Shown here: piece after piece, positions 10,951-25,300 of the stretch
How the letters are laid out: the number at the start of each line of letters is the position of its first letter
Numbering within the stretch: the stretch's first letter is position 1
Assembly (NCBI GenBank): GCA_965235115.1
Contig: OZ249443.1
Coordinates: 9,424,001-9,488,000, forward strand
Source of the DNA: Laetmonice hystrix
Lineage: Eukaryota
Direction of reading: 5' to 3'
DNA length: 64,000 nt
Notes under the pieces: generated by a model
What the model saw: the letters and a program-made list of their open reading frames with translations, nothing else
Told to the model about the DNA's origin: nothing
Database searches by the model: none
Made by a program: the position numbers and the translations under genes

Positions 10951-13900
10951 GTATGGCGTGCCATCTGTTTCAAAACTCACGACGCGCGTCATCTCACTCA
11001 AGACGCCCGTCGGGAAGCCCAGATAGCGCACTATTTCGTCAGATGACGCGCGTCGTTTCGTGAGATGACGGGGGGAATTATATGGCTATGCTGGGGCCTA
11101 TAGAGGCCTATATGGGGTTATGTTTTTGTATCATAGGCCTAGGGCCTAGAACCTAGGCCAAGGCTATAGGCCTATAGATTTGCAATGGAAATTTTAGCTT
11201 AAACCTAGCCTGTGCCTATAATTCCTATAGGCCTAGGCTATAGACTACCCTAGACTAGGCCCTAGGCCTACATTCCGAACATAGATCTAGGCTAATAATA
11301 ATAAAAATAGGGCCTAGATGTTGATTATAGCCTGTTTGTAAGCCTACCATAGTTTTGGGTGGCATGATGCCGCACATCGTTTCGCGGGATAGCCTAGGAC
11401 TATAGGCGTACTTCTCCAAGTAGGTCTAGGCCACACTAACCCCGGCACATGACCCGCCCCACCCCGCCACACGGCCCGCCCCGCCACACGACCCGCACTA
11501 ACCCCGCCACACGGCCCGCCCCACCCCACCCCGCAACAGGGCCCACACTTACCCCGCCACACGGCCCGCACTAACCCCACAACAGGGCCCACACTAACCC
11601 CGCCACACGGCCCGCACTAACCCCGCCACACGGCCCGCCCCACCCCACCCCACAACACGGCCCACACTAACCCCGCCACACGGCCCGCACTAACCCCGCC
11701 ACACGGCCCGCACTAACCCCGCCACACGGCCCGCACTAACCCCGCCACACGGCCTGCCCCACCCCACCCCGCAACAGGGCCCACACTTACCCCGCCACAC
11801 GGCCCGCACTAACCCCACAACAGGGCCCACACTAACCCCGCCACACGGCCCGCACTAACCCCGCCACACGGCCCGCCCCACCCCACCCCACCCCACAACA
11901 CGGCCCACACTAACCCCGCCACACGGCCCGCACTAACCCCGCCACACGGCCCGCCCCACCCCACAACACGGCCCACACTAACCCCGCCACACGGCCCGCA
12001 CTAACCCCGCCACACGGCCCGCACTAACCCCGCCACACGGCCCGCCCCACCCCACAACACAACACGGCCCACACTAACCCCGCCACACGGCCCGCCCCAC
12101 CCCGCCACACGGCCCGCCCCACCCCACCCCGCAACACGGCCCACACTAACCCCGCCACACGGCCCGCCCCACCCCACAACACAACACGGCCCACACCAAC
12201 CCCGCCACACGGCCCGCTCCACCCCACCCCACCCCACAACAGGGCCCACACTAACCCCGCCACACGGCCCGCCCCACCCCACCCCACAACACGGCCCACA
12301 CTAACCCCGCCACACGGCCCGCTCCACCCCACCCCACCCCACAACAGGGCCCACACTAACCCCGCCACACGACCCACCCCACTCCACAACACGGCCCACA
12401 CTAACCCTGCCACACGGCCCGCACTAACCCCGCCACACGGCCCACACTAACCCCGCCACACGGCCCACACTAACCCAGCCACACGGCCCACACTAACCCC
12501 GCCACACGGCCCACACTAACCCCGCCACACGGCCCACACTAACCCCGCCACACGGCCCGCACTAACCCCGCCACACGGCCCGCACTAACCCCGCCACACG
12601 GCCCGCACTAACCCCGCCACACGGCCCACACTAACCCCGCCACACGGCCCACACTAACCCCGCCACACGGCCCACACTAACCCCGCCACACGGCCCACAC
12701 TAACCCCGCCACACGGCCCACACTAACCCCGCCACACGGCCCACACTAACCCCGCCACACGGCCCACACTAACCCCGCCACACGGCCCGCCCCACCCCAC
12801 CCCACAACACGGCCCACACTAACCCCGCCACACGGCCCACAGTAACCCCGCCACACGGCCCGCACTAACCCCGCCACACGGCCCGCACTAACCCCGCCAC
12901 ACGGCCCGCACTAACCCCGCCACACGGCCCACACTAACCCCGCCACACGGCCCGCCCCACCCCACCCCGCCACACGGCCCACACTAACCCCGCCACACGG
13001 CCCACACTAACCCCGCCACACGGCCCACACTAACCCCGCCACACGGCCCGCCCCACCCCACCCCACGGCCAACACTAACCCCGCCACACGGCCCGCCCCA
13101 CCCCACCCCACGGCCAACACTAACCCCGCCACACGGCCCACACTAACCCCGCCACACGGCCCGCTCCACCCCACCCCACCCCACAACACGGCCCACACTA
13201 ACCCCGCCACACGGCCCGCACTAACCCCGCCACACGGCCCGCCCCACCCCGCCACACGGCCCACACTAACCCCGCCGCACGGCCCGCCCCGCCCCACCCC
13301 ACCCCACAACAGGGCCCGCACTAACCCCGCCACACGGCCCACACTAACCCCGCCACACGGCCCGCCCCACCCCACCCCACCCCACAACACGGCCCACACT
13401 AACCCCGCCACACGGCCCACACTAACCCCGCCACACGGCCCACACTAACCCCGCCACACGGCCCGCTCCACCCCACCCCACCCCACAACAGGGCCCACAC
13501 TAACCCCGCCACACGGCCCGCACTAACCCCGCCACACGGCCCGCACTAACCCCGCCACACGGCCCGGCCCGCCCCACCCCGCCACACGGCCCGCACTAAC
13601 CCCGCCACACGGCCCGCACTAACCCCGCCACACGGCCCGGCCCACCCCACCCCACAACACGGCCCACACTAACCCCGCCACACGGCCCGCACTAACCCCG
13701 CCACACGGCCCGCCCCACCCCACAACACGGCCCACACTAACCCCGCCACACGGCCCGCACTAACCCCGCCACACGGCCCGCCCCACCCCGCCACACGGCC
13801 CACACTAACCCCGCCACACGGCCCGCCCCACCCCACCCCACAACACGGCCCACACTAACCCCGCCACACGGCCCACACTAACCCCGCCACACGGCCCGCA

Positions 13901-16844
13901 CTAACCCCGCCACACGGCCCGGCCCACCCCACCCCACAACACGGCCCACACTAACCCCGCCACACGGCCCGCACTAACCCCGCCACACGGCCCGCCCCAC
14001 CCCACAACACGGCCCACACTAACCCCGCCACACGGCCCGCACTAACCCCGCCACACGGCCCGCCCCACCCCGCCACACGGCCCACACTTACCCCGCCACA
14101 CGGCCCGCACTAACCCCACAACAGGGCCCACACTAACCCCGCCACACGGCCCGCACTAACCCCGCCACACGGCCCGCCCCACCCCGCCACACGGCCCACA
14201 CTAACCCCGCCACACGGCCCGCCCCACCCCACCCCACAACACGGCCCACACTAACCCCGCCACACGGCCCGCACTAACCCCGCCACACGGCCCGCACTAA
14301 CCCCGCCACACGGCCCGGCCCACCCCACCCCACAACACGGCCCACACTAACCCCGCCACACGGCCCGCACTAACCCCGCCACACGGCCCGCCCCACCCCA
14401 CAACACGGCCCACACTAACCCCGCCACACGGCCCGCACTAACCCCGCCACACGGCCCGCCCCACCCCGCCACACGGCCCACACTTACCCCGCCACACGGC
14501 CCGCACTAACCCCACAACAGGGCCCACACTAACCCCGCCACACGGCCCGCACTAACCCCGCCACACGGCCCGCCCCACCCCACCCCACCCCACAACACGG
14601 CCCACACTAACCCCGCCACACGGCCCGCACTAACCCCGCCACACGGCCCGCCCCACCCCACAACACGGCCCACACTAACCCCGCCACACGGCCCGCACTA
14701 ACCCCGCCACACGGCCCGCACTAACCCCGCCACACGGCCCGCCCCACCCCACAACACAACACGGCCCACACTAACCCCGCCACACGGCCCGCCCCACCCC
14801 GCCACACGGCCCGCCCCACCCCACCCCGCAACACGGCCCACACTAACCCCGCCACACGGCCCGCCCCACCCCACAACACAACACGGCCCACACCAACCCC
14901 GCCACACGGCCCGCTCCACCCCACCCCACCCCACAACAGGGCCCACACTAACCCCGCCACACGGCCCGCCCCACCCCACCCCACCCCACAACACGGCCCA
15001 CACTAACCCCGCCACACGGCCCGCTCCACCCCACCCCACCCCACAACAGGGCCCACACTAACCCCGCCACACGACCCACCCCACTCCACAACACGGCCCA
15101 CACTAACCCTGCCACACGGCCCGCACTAACCCCGCCACACGGCCCACACTAACCCCGCCACACGGCCCACACTAACCCAGCCACACGGCCCACACTAACC
15201 CCGCCACACGGCCCACACTAACCCCGCCACACGGCCCACACTAACCCCGCCACACGGCCCGCACTAACCCCGCCACACGGCCCGCACTAACCCCGCCACA
15301 CGGCCCGCACTAACCCCGCCACACGGCCCACACTAACCCCGCCACACGGCCCACACTAACCCCGCCACACGGCCCACACTAACCCCGCCACACGGCCCAC
15401 ACTAACCCCGCCACACGGCCCACACTAACCCCGCCACACGGCCCACACTAACCCCGCCACACGGCCCGCCCCACCCCACCCCACAACACGGCCCACACTA
15501 ACCCCGCCACACGGCCCACAGTAACCCCGCCACACGGCCCGCACTAACCCCGCCACACGGCCCGCACTAACCCCGCCACACGGCCCGCACTAACCCCGCC
15601 ACACGGCCCACACTAACCCCGCCACACGGCCCGCCCCACCCCACCCCGCCACACGGCCCACACTAACCCCGCCACACGGCCCACACTAACCCCGCCACAC
15701 GGCCCACACTAACCCCGCCACACGGCCCGCCCCACCCCACCCCACGGCCAACACTAACCCCGCCACACGGCCCGCCCCACCCCACCCCACGGCCAACACT
15801 AACCCCGCCACACGGCCCACACTAACCCCGCCACACGGCCCGCTCCACCCCACCCCACCCCACAACACGGCCCACACTAACCCCGCCACACGGCCCGCAC
15901 TAACCCCGCCACACGGCCCGCCCCACCCCGCCACACGGCCCACACTAACCCCGCCGCACGGCCCGCCCCGCCCCACCCCACCCCACAACAGGGCCCGCAC
16001 TAACCCCGCCACACGGCCCACACTAACCCCGCCACACGGCCCGCCCCACCCCACCCCACCCCACAACACGGCCCACACTAACCCCGCCACACGGCCCACA
16101 CTAACCCCGCCACACGGCCCACACTAACCCCGCCACACGGCCCGCTCCACCCCACCCCACCCCACAACAGGGCCCACACTAACCCCGCCACACGGCCCGC
16201 ACTAACCCCGCCACACGGCCCGCACTAACCCCGCCACACGGCCCGGCCCGCCCCACCCCGCCACACGGCCCGCACTAACCCCGCCACACGGCCCGCACTA
16301 ACCCCGCCACACGGCCCGGCCCACCCCACCCCACAACACGGCCCACACTAACCCCGCCACACGGCCCGCACTAACCCCGCCACACGGCCCGCCCCACCCC
16401 ACAACACGGCCCACACTAACCCCGCCACACGGCCCGCACTAACCCCGCCACACGGCCCGCCCCACCCCGCCACACGGCCCACACTAACCCCGCCACACGG
16501 CCCGCCCCACCCCACCCCACAACACGGCCCACACTAACCCCGCCACACGGCCCACCCCACCCCGCCACACGGCCCGCCCCACCCCACCCCACAACACGGC
16601 CCACACTAACCCCGCCACACGGCCCACCCCACCCCACCCCGCCACACGGCCCACCCCACCCCGCCACACGGCGCGCCACACACAGCCACACGGCCGGCAC
16701 ACGGCCCGCCCCACCACACGGCCCGTTCTGAGTGAGACGACGCGCGTCGTGAGTTTTGAAACAGATGGCACGTTTCAAAACTCAGAACGCGCGTCGTCTC
16801 ACTCATGACGCGCGTCATCTTTTGAAACAGATGGCACGGCATAC
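10951..16844. mobile_element. TIR element of a GACGCGCGTC-rich family carrying a large minisatellite
   Basis: Left end GTATGGCGTGCCATCTGTTTCAAAA; right end TTTTGAAACAGATGGCACGGCATAC. GATC flanks both sides (10947-50, 16845-48), a candidate 4-bp TSD. A third copy of the terminus lies at 42785-43200. Confidence 0.7.
11431..16724. repeat. C-rich 23-bp minisatellite (RCACTAACCCCGCCACACGGCCC) with CCCCA pentamer inserts
   Basis: About 5.3 kb of tandem units. A higher-order block recurs at an offset of 2697/2679 bp (12001 vs 14698; 13007 vs 15686). Confidence 0.95.
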
Positions 16845-16895
16845 GATCGAACACGCATGGGATGAGTTCGACGCCTGTCTCAGCAGCCAAGGAAC

Positions 16896-16917
16896 TTCTT
16901 CTTCTTCTTCTTCTTCT
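16896..16917. repeat. (CTT)n microsatellite
   Basis: About 7 tandem CTT units. Confidence 0.85.
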
Positions 16918-17599
16918 TTATTTTTGCGCCGTAAAAAATATATTTAAATATGTTACCCATGTACAGGCACACATATTTGGAATCGCTAATGGAAGCCATA
17001 TTATATTCAAGTAGAATTTAATCATTTCATCTCATGCTAAGCGTTGTTATTCGTGATCATCTATTCATGTGTTGTCCAGACCCATGTGGTTTAAAATCAT
17101 TTTCCACGAGGGTAAACGTTAGGGTCGCTATGCCACCTCCCTTAGAAGAGTCGTTTTATGAATTAGTTTGTATTGGATACTCACCCTGAAAGCTGCCAAC
17201 AACTAGGCAATCAATTCTGACAGGCTGCAGATAGCCGCATTATAGTTGTTAAACACCCTCACACAACAACTCTTCCGGGATACCCTTGGAAAAACATTGT
17301 TCTTGTACAAAATAGATGAGCTGTCAAAAGTTATGGTTTTTTCGTTAGGGAGTATGCCGATAATGCTTCTGTGGACAATCTATTGCGCACTCCTAGGATA
17401 ATGACAGTAGTATATCGGGACTGGCGGCGCCATCAAAGGTTATAACCTGCGCATGAGTAGGATTGGCAGAGTGTTAGTACGAGGGCCTCCATCACGAACG
17501 GGGTGAAGAATATTCCGAATTTGGACCGGACAAATTGAGCCGGTCCTTTCAATGTAGCTTATACCCGGAGGTTCTTTCTGTTGCCGGATAAGGGCATGT

Positions 17600-17930
17600 G
17601 GCGGGATCTAGACTGCTTTATTGGCCTTATTATTGATGAGGGATTGTGACATAATAATATCGTGTTTTTGCCTTACACGAAGTCGAGTTAAAAGGATCAG
17701 GGGTGCGTTTCTCATCATGTCGTTAGCTTGTCGTATCGTTAACTCCAATGGGTTTTCAATGGGGATTTTAACGCACGACAGGATAACGATAGATGAGGAA
17801 CGCCCAGGGTAGTTGGCGAGTAACTGGCTTTTATCAATGTCTTTCCATGGTGTTCTGGTGGTAAAAAGATAATACGGAAATGTCAACGTGACATCATCTT
17901 GACTACATCATAGAACTGAATGTAATCAAA
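17600..17930 (+). pseudogene. Possible LINE apurinic endonuclease relic
   Basis: NGDFNAR at about 17758 is followed about 140 nt later by HLDYII. These are the GDFN and IDY motifs of APE-type endonucleases in the expected order. Frames are broken. Confidence 0.4.
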
Positions 17931-18400
17931 AACAACCTCAGCAATGAAACAACGCCAATGTTTATCAGAGGCGACTATTATATGCCAAGCTTACATGCCT
18001 TTAATCGTCAGAGGGGTTTTGGAAGTTAAGATGCAGTTCCTCTAGGAGATTGAGCAGCCGACTGTGCTGCAGCCCCAGTCGTGTGGTAGTCGCGTGCTAG
18101 TCTCCTAGTGGAAGGTACATAGCAACAATTCCTAGTGGAACGCACATAGCAAATATTCCTGAACTTAATGAATCTCATATAATAAAGGTTAATGTTTTCA
18201 ATAGGTTAAATTAGAATTGGATGAATGGCATTATCACTGAGGAAGCCATGAATAAACTAGAGGTTGTATAATGTAAATGTTTATACAGCACACACACACC
18301 ATTGGACAGTTTTTCAGGTCAGATCTGAACTGTATACGGAGCACTGTAAAGGACATGAAGAAAAAGAATCTTTTTAAAGAAAATATTTTCTCGTAATGTC

Positions 18401-18612
18401 GACTTAGTGGCGTCAATAACTCGTTATTACGACTTAATGAAGTCAGTAAGTCGTTATTACGATTTATCGTGTTCGTTTCAGAGAAAAAATGGTTTCAGAG
18501 AAAAAAACCGACTAAGTGATTTTTTTTTCTCTGAAACGAGTGCGATTAACTCGTAGTAACGACTTAATGACGTCATTAAGTCGTAATAACGAGTTAATAC
18601 CGTCACTAAGTC
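18401..18612. mobile_element. Foldback/MITE-like inverted repeat
   Basis: GACTTAGTGGCGTCAATAACTCGTTATTACGACTTAATG is mirrored at about 18550-18612; TCGTTATTACGA subrepeats occur inside. Confidence 0.6.
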
Positions 18613-19378
18613 GTACTTGATATCATATTTTTGTTTACGAATTTTTAAAAATATCTTTGGGATGCTTACAATAATGTTAGGCTGGTTGCCTAACATAACA
18701 TAAGGTTGGTATTTAAACTGACTCTTAGCTCAAGCCCAGAGCTACTTAGACGTGGCCACCCCTAGCTCTGCGTCAATATACGTCAAGATCACGGCCCCAC
18801 AGTAGGCCGAACGCCGTGTCTGGCGTAGCTCCCGTCTTCCATCCAGTGACCTGGCACTGGTCATGCTATAGAATATGTTGGCTGGATTAGTCGTGGCTTG
18901 TGGGATCTTGCCAGTACACATAGAGCAATACGTCTCGTGATGAATGGGAATCAATGGATATGGTCTCTCAGTGTGATGTCTGGACGCTGAACCATGCCAC
19001 CTGCCAGACTAGGTAGGTATTATACAGTAGAGGTCCGTCTATATCCGTCGGGTTGACAACCTGGGGTCAGTCCTGACCAGTTAAATCAAACTTATCTCTC
19101 AGTGGGTGGGTCTTTTTTTCAACATTGATGTACGTGTGTACTATACTTATAGCGTCGGTGAACCAACTTGTGAGAACTCTCTATAATATTTCGACCTCAA
19201 TACTCCCTAGATAAGAAATTGTGCAGAGTATGTCTGTTGATTTTTTTTCTGCTTGATAATGGCCCACCTCACGTTCTCTCCCCTCTTTTTTGTCTTCTTT
19301 CCCACTTTTCGTTCTTATAGTCACAACAGAGTTATGTTGTGCAACTTGCCACGAAGCATCAGTTTAAGTAATATTTAA

Positions 19379-19820
19379 AGGCAGGGTAAACACCTACGGC
19401 AAATAAGGTTTCGTAGACCAAATGAAACACCAGCATTTACCTCAGGGCAATAAATGCCACAATTACGCTGTCTAAATGAAGTAATTAACGTGTAACTGCC
19501 CGATGTGTGACGCCGCTGGTTCTTACCTTGACCTTCTTGTGTGTTCATCACAGCCGAATGCTGCACACCGCGGCGTATTGCGTAACATTACGTGTTACTC
19601 TGCTCACAGACCTTGTCTACACGATGTTTGGAGTCCTAACGTTTGTAAACGTCCGAGGTGATGAACACACAAACAGGAACCAGCGGCATCACACATCGGG
19701 CGTTTACACGTTAATTACTTCATTCAGACAACGTAATTTTGTCATTTATTGCCCTGAGGTAAATGCTGGTGTTTCATTTGGTCTACGAAACCTTATTTGC
19801 CGTGGGTGTTTACCCTGCCT
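19379..19820. mobile_element. Kolobok-like MITE, TTAA TSD, about 150-bp TIRs
   Basis: TTAA|AGGCAGGGTAAACACC...GGTGTTTACCCTGCCT|TTAA with long, highly similar inverted arms. A TTAA target with purine-purine termini fits Kolobok better than piggyBac. Confidence 0.75.
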
Positions 19821-22147
19821 TTAACTATGGTGCGAGTAGGTTCAATTTCAGGTATTAGAGACGGCATGCGGACCTGGAATCGAAGAATTACCACGCGCAC
19901 CGATTCCATCACGATCGAGTCGTCCGTTTCAGGATGTGCAGCGTTTCACCAGTTTCTGGCCGGACGGTACTCGGGTTTCTGGGACAAATTGACATTTGGA
20001 CCGTAAAAAAAATACAAACCCATCCCATCTCATTCAGTCCTCCTATCTTCCTGTTCGGCACCAACTCGGCAAGTCAGTGCAATTTATTGCTTCTCTTGGC
20101 CCGTAATACCATGATAAGAAGAACTGACTGTCAAAACCAGATAGACAGAAACACTACCCAGCTAACAGTTTGACCTTTCCGTGGTTTAATTCGGCCTGTG
20201 TGATCCCCGTGTGTTTCAATTACTTCATCACGACCCGTTAGTGTCGCAGTACGGTCCACGAGTCGTAAAAACCTGCCTTCAGATGTATTGTGGGACCGCG
20301 TCGGTTTGGGACTCATTACTGGAAGGTACGTTAACGATTCCAGCGGAAAACCAGATTTTGGAGGGTCTCCAACGAGTATGTTTACTCCAAAGCACGTTCG
20401 CCACATGGCGTTCATAAATCGAGGCTTTACGAGTACCTACTAACGCTGGTGGGGTTACTGCCACCATCAGAGGCACCGGAAGATCAGAGACAAACATTCT
20501 ACCAATGACCTAACGACTCTCGAGTAAAATCTCGCCCCAACCGTAAAACGTCTAAGTGCTACTTAGGTCGTCCTGACGTCTCTAATCTTGGATTTGAAAA
20601 GTTCACGTGTATTTTGGAAGCACTATATTCGGATCAAGAATTGAGCTATGTTCAGACAGGATAGACCGGATTACTGATCCTGTCTAGATCTGCCAATCTT
20701 TCGCTAACCCGCTATACTACCAAGCGTTCAGACACAGGCAATATACCCAGGGGCGGATACAGGATTTTGGTAAGGGAGGGTTAAGGGGGGGGGGATTTGC
20801 TTGGGGGTGTCGGGGGTCTAGGTCGATGTACCGAGGTTCAAGTCGTACTATCTAGGCGAATAACTCAGGCGACTCAGTGTTCACATTGTGGCTATTACTT
20901 CAACAAACTTTTTAAAGGGAAAATATCTTATCATTTCCAGTCTACGATCAACCCCACAACCACTTCCCGCACCAGTCCTTGTTCCATTCTTCGCCTCTCA
21001 CCAGGTGTGGGGACGGAGAACCATCTTTACCTGTGAATATGTTAAATATCCATAGGACTATCCAATCTACCCTTGGGAACTTAAGACATGTTGTTCTTAC
21101 GGCTGTCTGAACAAGAACATCGACATTACGACTCGACCTCGCTGCGGAGGAGAGGCCACGGCATGTAATAGGCCTATACTCGTCCCCTAACATTCCAGTG
21201 TTGTATGTATAAGGATAGTTTCCATTATACCACACTCTGGTCATTAGTCTATGGATTGGTAGAAGATGAGTGCAGACAAGACTGGAGATTGCCTTCGGCA
21301 AGGACTATATTTCACGAGAGTTGCAGTAGCGGCGGAACAGATAACGTATGGAAGGGGGGGGGGATTTTGCTTAAGGTAATATGGGGGGTGGGAAGGGGGG
21401 CGCATTTTGTGTGAGGTAGTGGAACATGGTTTTATCATATTTTAATTTCGTTTGACCACAATGGTCAGTTCCAACCCCTATTATCNNNNNNNNNNNNNNN
21501 NNNNNNNNNNNNNNNNNNNNNNNNNNNNNNNNNNNNNNNNNNNNNNNNNNNNNNNNNNNNNNNNNNNNNNNNNNNNNNNNNNNNNNNNNNNNNNNNNNNN
21601 NNNNNNNNNNNNNNNNAGATAGAGAGAGAGGGAGTGAGAGGGAAAGAGAGAGGAGAGAGAGAGGCTTGCAATCCTTTATCGTGACTTTCCTAGGCGATTG
21701 TTAGATCGATGTCGTCCTCGGCTCAGATATTTGTCGGTGTCAAGTCTCCCACCACGTCATGGCAATCAGCCAGGAGGCTAAGGGGCTGGTACACTGGCAC
21801 GCCAGGCCGATGTACCATGAAATATTGCTGCATATGCGGACTGCATAATTTCATAGCCTAAGAAATGAAACATTGATGTCATGAAATAATGCAGCATGCT
21901 GCACTATTTCACAGATAACTTGTAGCTATGGAATAATGCTGCCTATGAAATATTGCAGCAAGATTGGAGATTCGTACAAGGAATCGCAAAGATGTGACAC
22001 GGGCATACGTAGATGACCTACAGAAGTAAATCTACTGATGAATCATGTTTCCTGCACTAACATTAACAGCGCACGATCCTTCGTTACAATTTGATATATA
22101 CCTGTTTCCTCCTTAAAGTAAGGATAAAATCCTTTTATAACATCTTA

Positions 22148-22356
22148 GGCCCTGATCCACTGAGGCGATTGTCCTTACGATGTGCGTGCGATATTGACAT
22201 CACCCTTTTATTTTACTGGGATATTGAGATTAAAGGATGGAACACATTTCCAGAGACAAGGAAGGCCAGCCAGGGAAAATTACCGAGTGAAATACCACCA
22301 TTATTACAAAAATCGCCTGGCCTTCGCAAGGGAAATCGCCTTAGTGGATCAGGACC
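22148..22356 (+). mobile_element. About 210-bp Harbinger-like MITE (second copy at 50360-50570, inverted)
   Basis: TIR GGCCCTGATCCACTGAGGCGATT; TTA/TCA flanks; the interior is homologous to the 50360 copy. Confidence 0.7.
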
Positions 22357-25300
22357 TCAGCGGATTTTTTAGGCTTTAATTAAATCGAATCAAATACGCC
22401 ACCAATGGTAAGTCATGCCCAAAACTAGTGCTGCACCTTTTTATCTATTTTTTAATGTCCTTAGGAACGGGCGAACTTGATATAATGCTGTCGGTCAGCA
22501 TTGTAATTAGTGGCTTCTTCGTCTTGATATCTGAAGCCCGCGCTGTTTTCTGTAAAGGTTAATGGAAAGCTGGATGCGAGTGGTCCATTTCTACCCAGCA
22601 GGCCTACTCTTACCGTATAGCAGTTGTAAACAGTACATGGTGTTCCTTGAACATCGCCTACAGTTTGGATCCTTATAACGTGAACAGCACCGCGTGTCTG
22701 ATGATAACGTCACGTGTTCTCAGATGACGTGGTGTATCCATCCGCTACGGCTAGGTGAAAAGGCAAGAGGTGGACGGACATCCGGTACATGGCCATGATA
22801 GCTACGCGAGTCGGATCGCCGGCTAATAAGGCAGAAAAAATATACTGCACATGTCACCGGATCATAGGGTTCAGTAGCCATAGAAAAGGTTGATTGTTTC
22901 ATAGCTGACCTGTCTAATTAGTCTGCCTCTGTGGAAACTGACTTATATCAGGCTACGTTTAGAATTTTGAAGGTGGCGTTCGTTAAAAGGAAGGGCAGCA
23001 GTGGTCTAAAACAAATTTTACCTCCTAGCATTGGCAACTCAAGATAGGAGGGGACTAGGCCGACCCCCCCCCCCCCCTAATGACCCGAGTGGATTTTGGA
23101 CAGGGGCAGAATCACTGAATGTTGGAGAGTATAAAAATAAATTTCCACCGTCTGTTCTGAGTGGATGGAATCAATTTAAGAGTACTCATATCGAGGGGTG
23201 ATGTTAAGGTGTACTGTTGCCAAGGGTCGTATATTATATTGTCACTTACATGTCAGATATTTTGTTCCTAGATGAGATATTATGGGATTGTTTCTTGTAC
23301 GCAGGTATGATCCTTCAGAGCCTATATTACGGTCTACCATAAGTCCAGCGTGATAACAAAAACAGCGCCACAGAAAGTCTAAGGACATTAGGTTGCAGGT
23401 GTGCTAAAGATAAAATGTCATTGCCACTTTGACCATAAGCAAGCCAATCAATCATTAATATGAGTTTTCATTTGTCGGTCAGGTGGCCCCCTCCACGCAT
23501 AGCACTGGAGTGGCTTTTGTCCGGGAGCAATTGCTTTTTGTAATATTCATAGAGACATTCGCCATCTCCATGCAACGCGAGTTGTATACAGTAAATGGAT
23601 CAAGCCTCAGGTGTGGCGTCAATAGGGGTGATTTGAAAGCTATTGTTGGAGAACAATGAAGACGCCAGCGTCCCTTTCTAGCTGTAGGGAAAATGGTCTG
23701 ATAGATTGACACGGATGCGGCGATCGGTTTCCGGGGGTCAGAGGTCAAATGACGTCTGTTGTCATAGTTGTTGTCAAGAAGGCGTGGCGTCTAAATGGCC
23801 TTGACCTTTCCAAAGCGTCCCGATGTGCGCGCCCATATCATTCTTACCAAGAATGTAATGGAAACAGATCTATTCCTCCGATCTTTAATATCTCTCATCA
23901 GAAAATGGTTTGATCCAGATGTGCTCGGGTGAACCTTGTCACCTTGAACCATAATAACAGGATGTCGAGATGGTGTAAGGATATTGTTTATTGACAGGAA
24001 GTACATGATTAGTCGTCATCACCATGTGAACTCTTAACCTTGTCAATGAATGTTCCTGTAACCACTGCCAACTCGACAACCTTCGAAGAGAATGAGTTAA
24101 TTTCCGGTGTCCCGCTGATCTTAATTACGAATGCTCCATACTTTTAATCAGAGTTACTTCCCGGAAAGACGGTTTCAATCATGTCAATAATATTGAGGAA
24201 CGGAATGTTATTAAAGTCGGAAAGTCTTATAAGACGTTTCCTGTGTGTCCATCGCGTAGCTCCTTGGTCTTTGTAAGGTCACGGTGAGATCAAGTGGCGA
24301 CCTTTGTGACCCTGGTTGCTGCTGAGAATCAACAACGGTCTTTGTCAACATAGACTGTGAATTTTCGGGATAAAATATACAAATGGTACATCCTTGAACT
24401 GGATCCATTCAAACGTGACCTCTTCATGAAGAGTAGAGAGTTAGTTATCTTGTGATGGAGCTCTCTCTCGGGCGGTCTAATTTCATCAAAACGGACTGGC
24501 TGCTTAAGACCAACACAACCCAGATGTCGGCAAGTCGTCAGGCGACCAATCACTGAGATTTGTCATGAGACAGCAAACGAAGGAAGTCATGAAAACTGTT
24601 ATTCGTCTTAAAATCATTTCCTCGGTATAATGCAAGCATTTGCTATAATGACTGAGAATCATACATATTTACGAGAAAATGAAGATTTCACATTCCGATT
24701 TTAAATTGATGTTGAACTCCTAGTAGAACTCAGTAGCGCCATTTAACTGACGCTTATAAAACAGACACGCCAGAAATTCAATTTACCCCTTGACAACGAT
24801 GTATAAGACATGACAAACCATAGCTTTAACTCCCTAGCGTGTCATTAAATTGTTCCATTTGCCGGTTGCCAATCAAAACTAATCCGTTCAATGGACTGGG
24901 GATAACTTCATTGGTGGATTCAGCAATTTATATCTCGGTCCATTACTTCCTGATCAGTCGTGAAGTCAGGTGGGACCACATTTGATGAGTTCGATCTCCC
25001 TCAAGTGTGTCCGCTGTGCTGCCATATTAATATTTTAATGTTTCATTTTCATTGTGATTTATATGTTTAACTTGCTGCATCGTCACACAGATAACAGGAC
25101 ACGTAATAAAAGTGAATCTCGGCAATTCGTGGTTATATCAATCTCCCCGCTCAGATTGGCATTCAGAGTGGATGTGCCGACATGTAAGTATAAAACAGGC
25201 TGACAATGACTGACAGCCCGATTCTGAGGTTGTTCATGCATGAAATGACAATGCCATTGCGACATGATGACGTATACAGTTTATAGGGGGAACAGTTTGA

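Noticed and set aside
11431-16724. True telomere or interstitial (TTAGGG)n
   Set aside because: The unit is 23 bp and contains only a CTAACCC core; there are no tandem hexamers.
11344-16890. Gly/Trp/Val-rich minus-strand ORFs
   Set aside because: Translations of the minisatellite starting at non-ATG codons.
23500-25100. Possible old LINE on the minus strand (IRPFSL resembling RPISL)
   Set aside because: A single weak motif with no second supporting motif in order.
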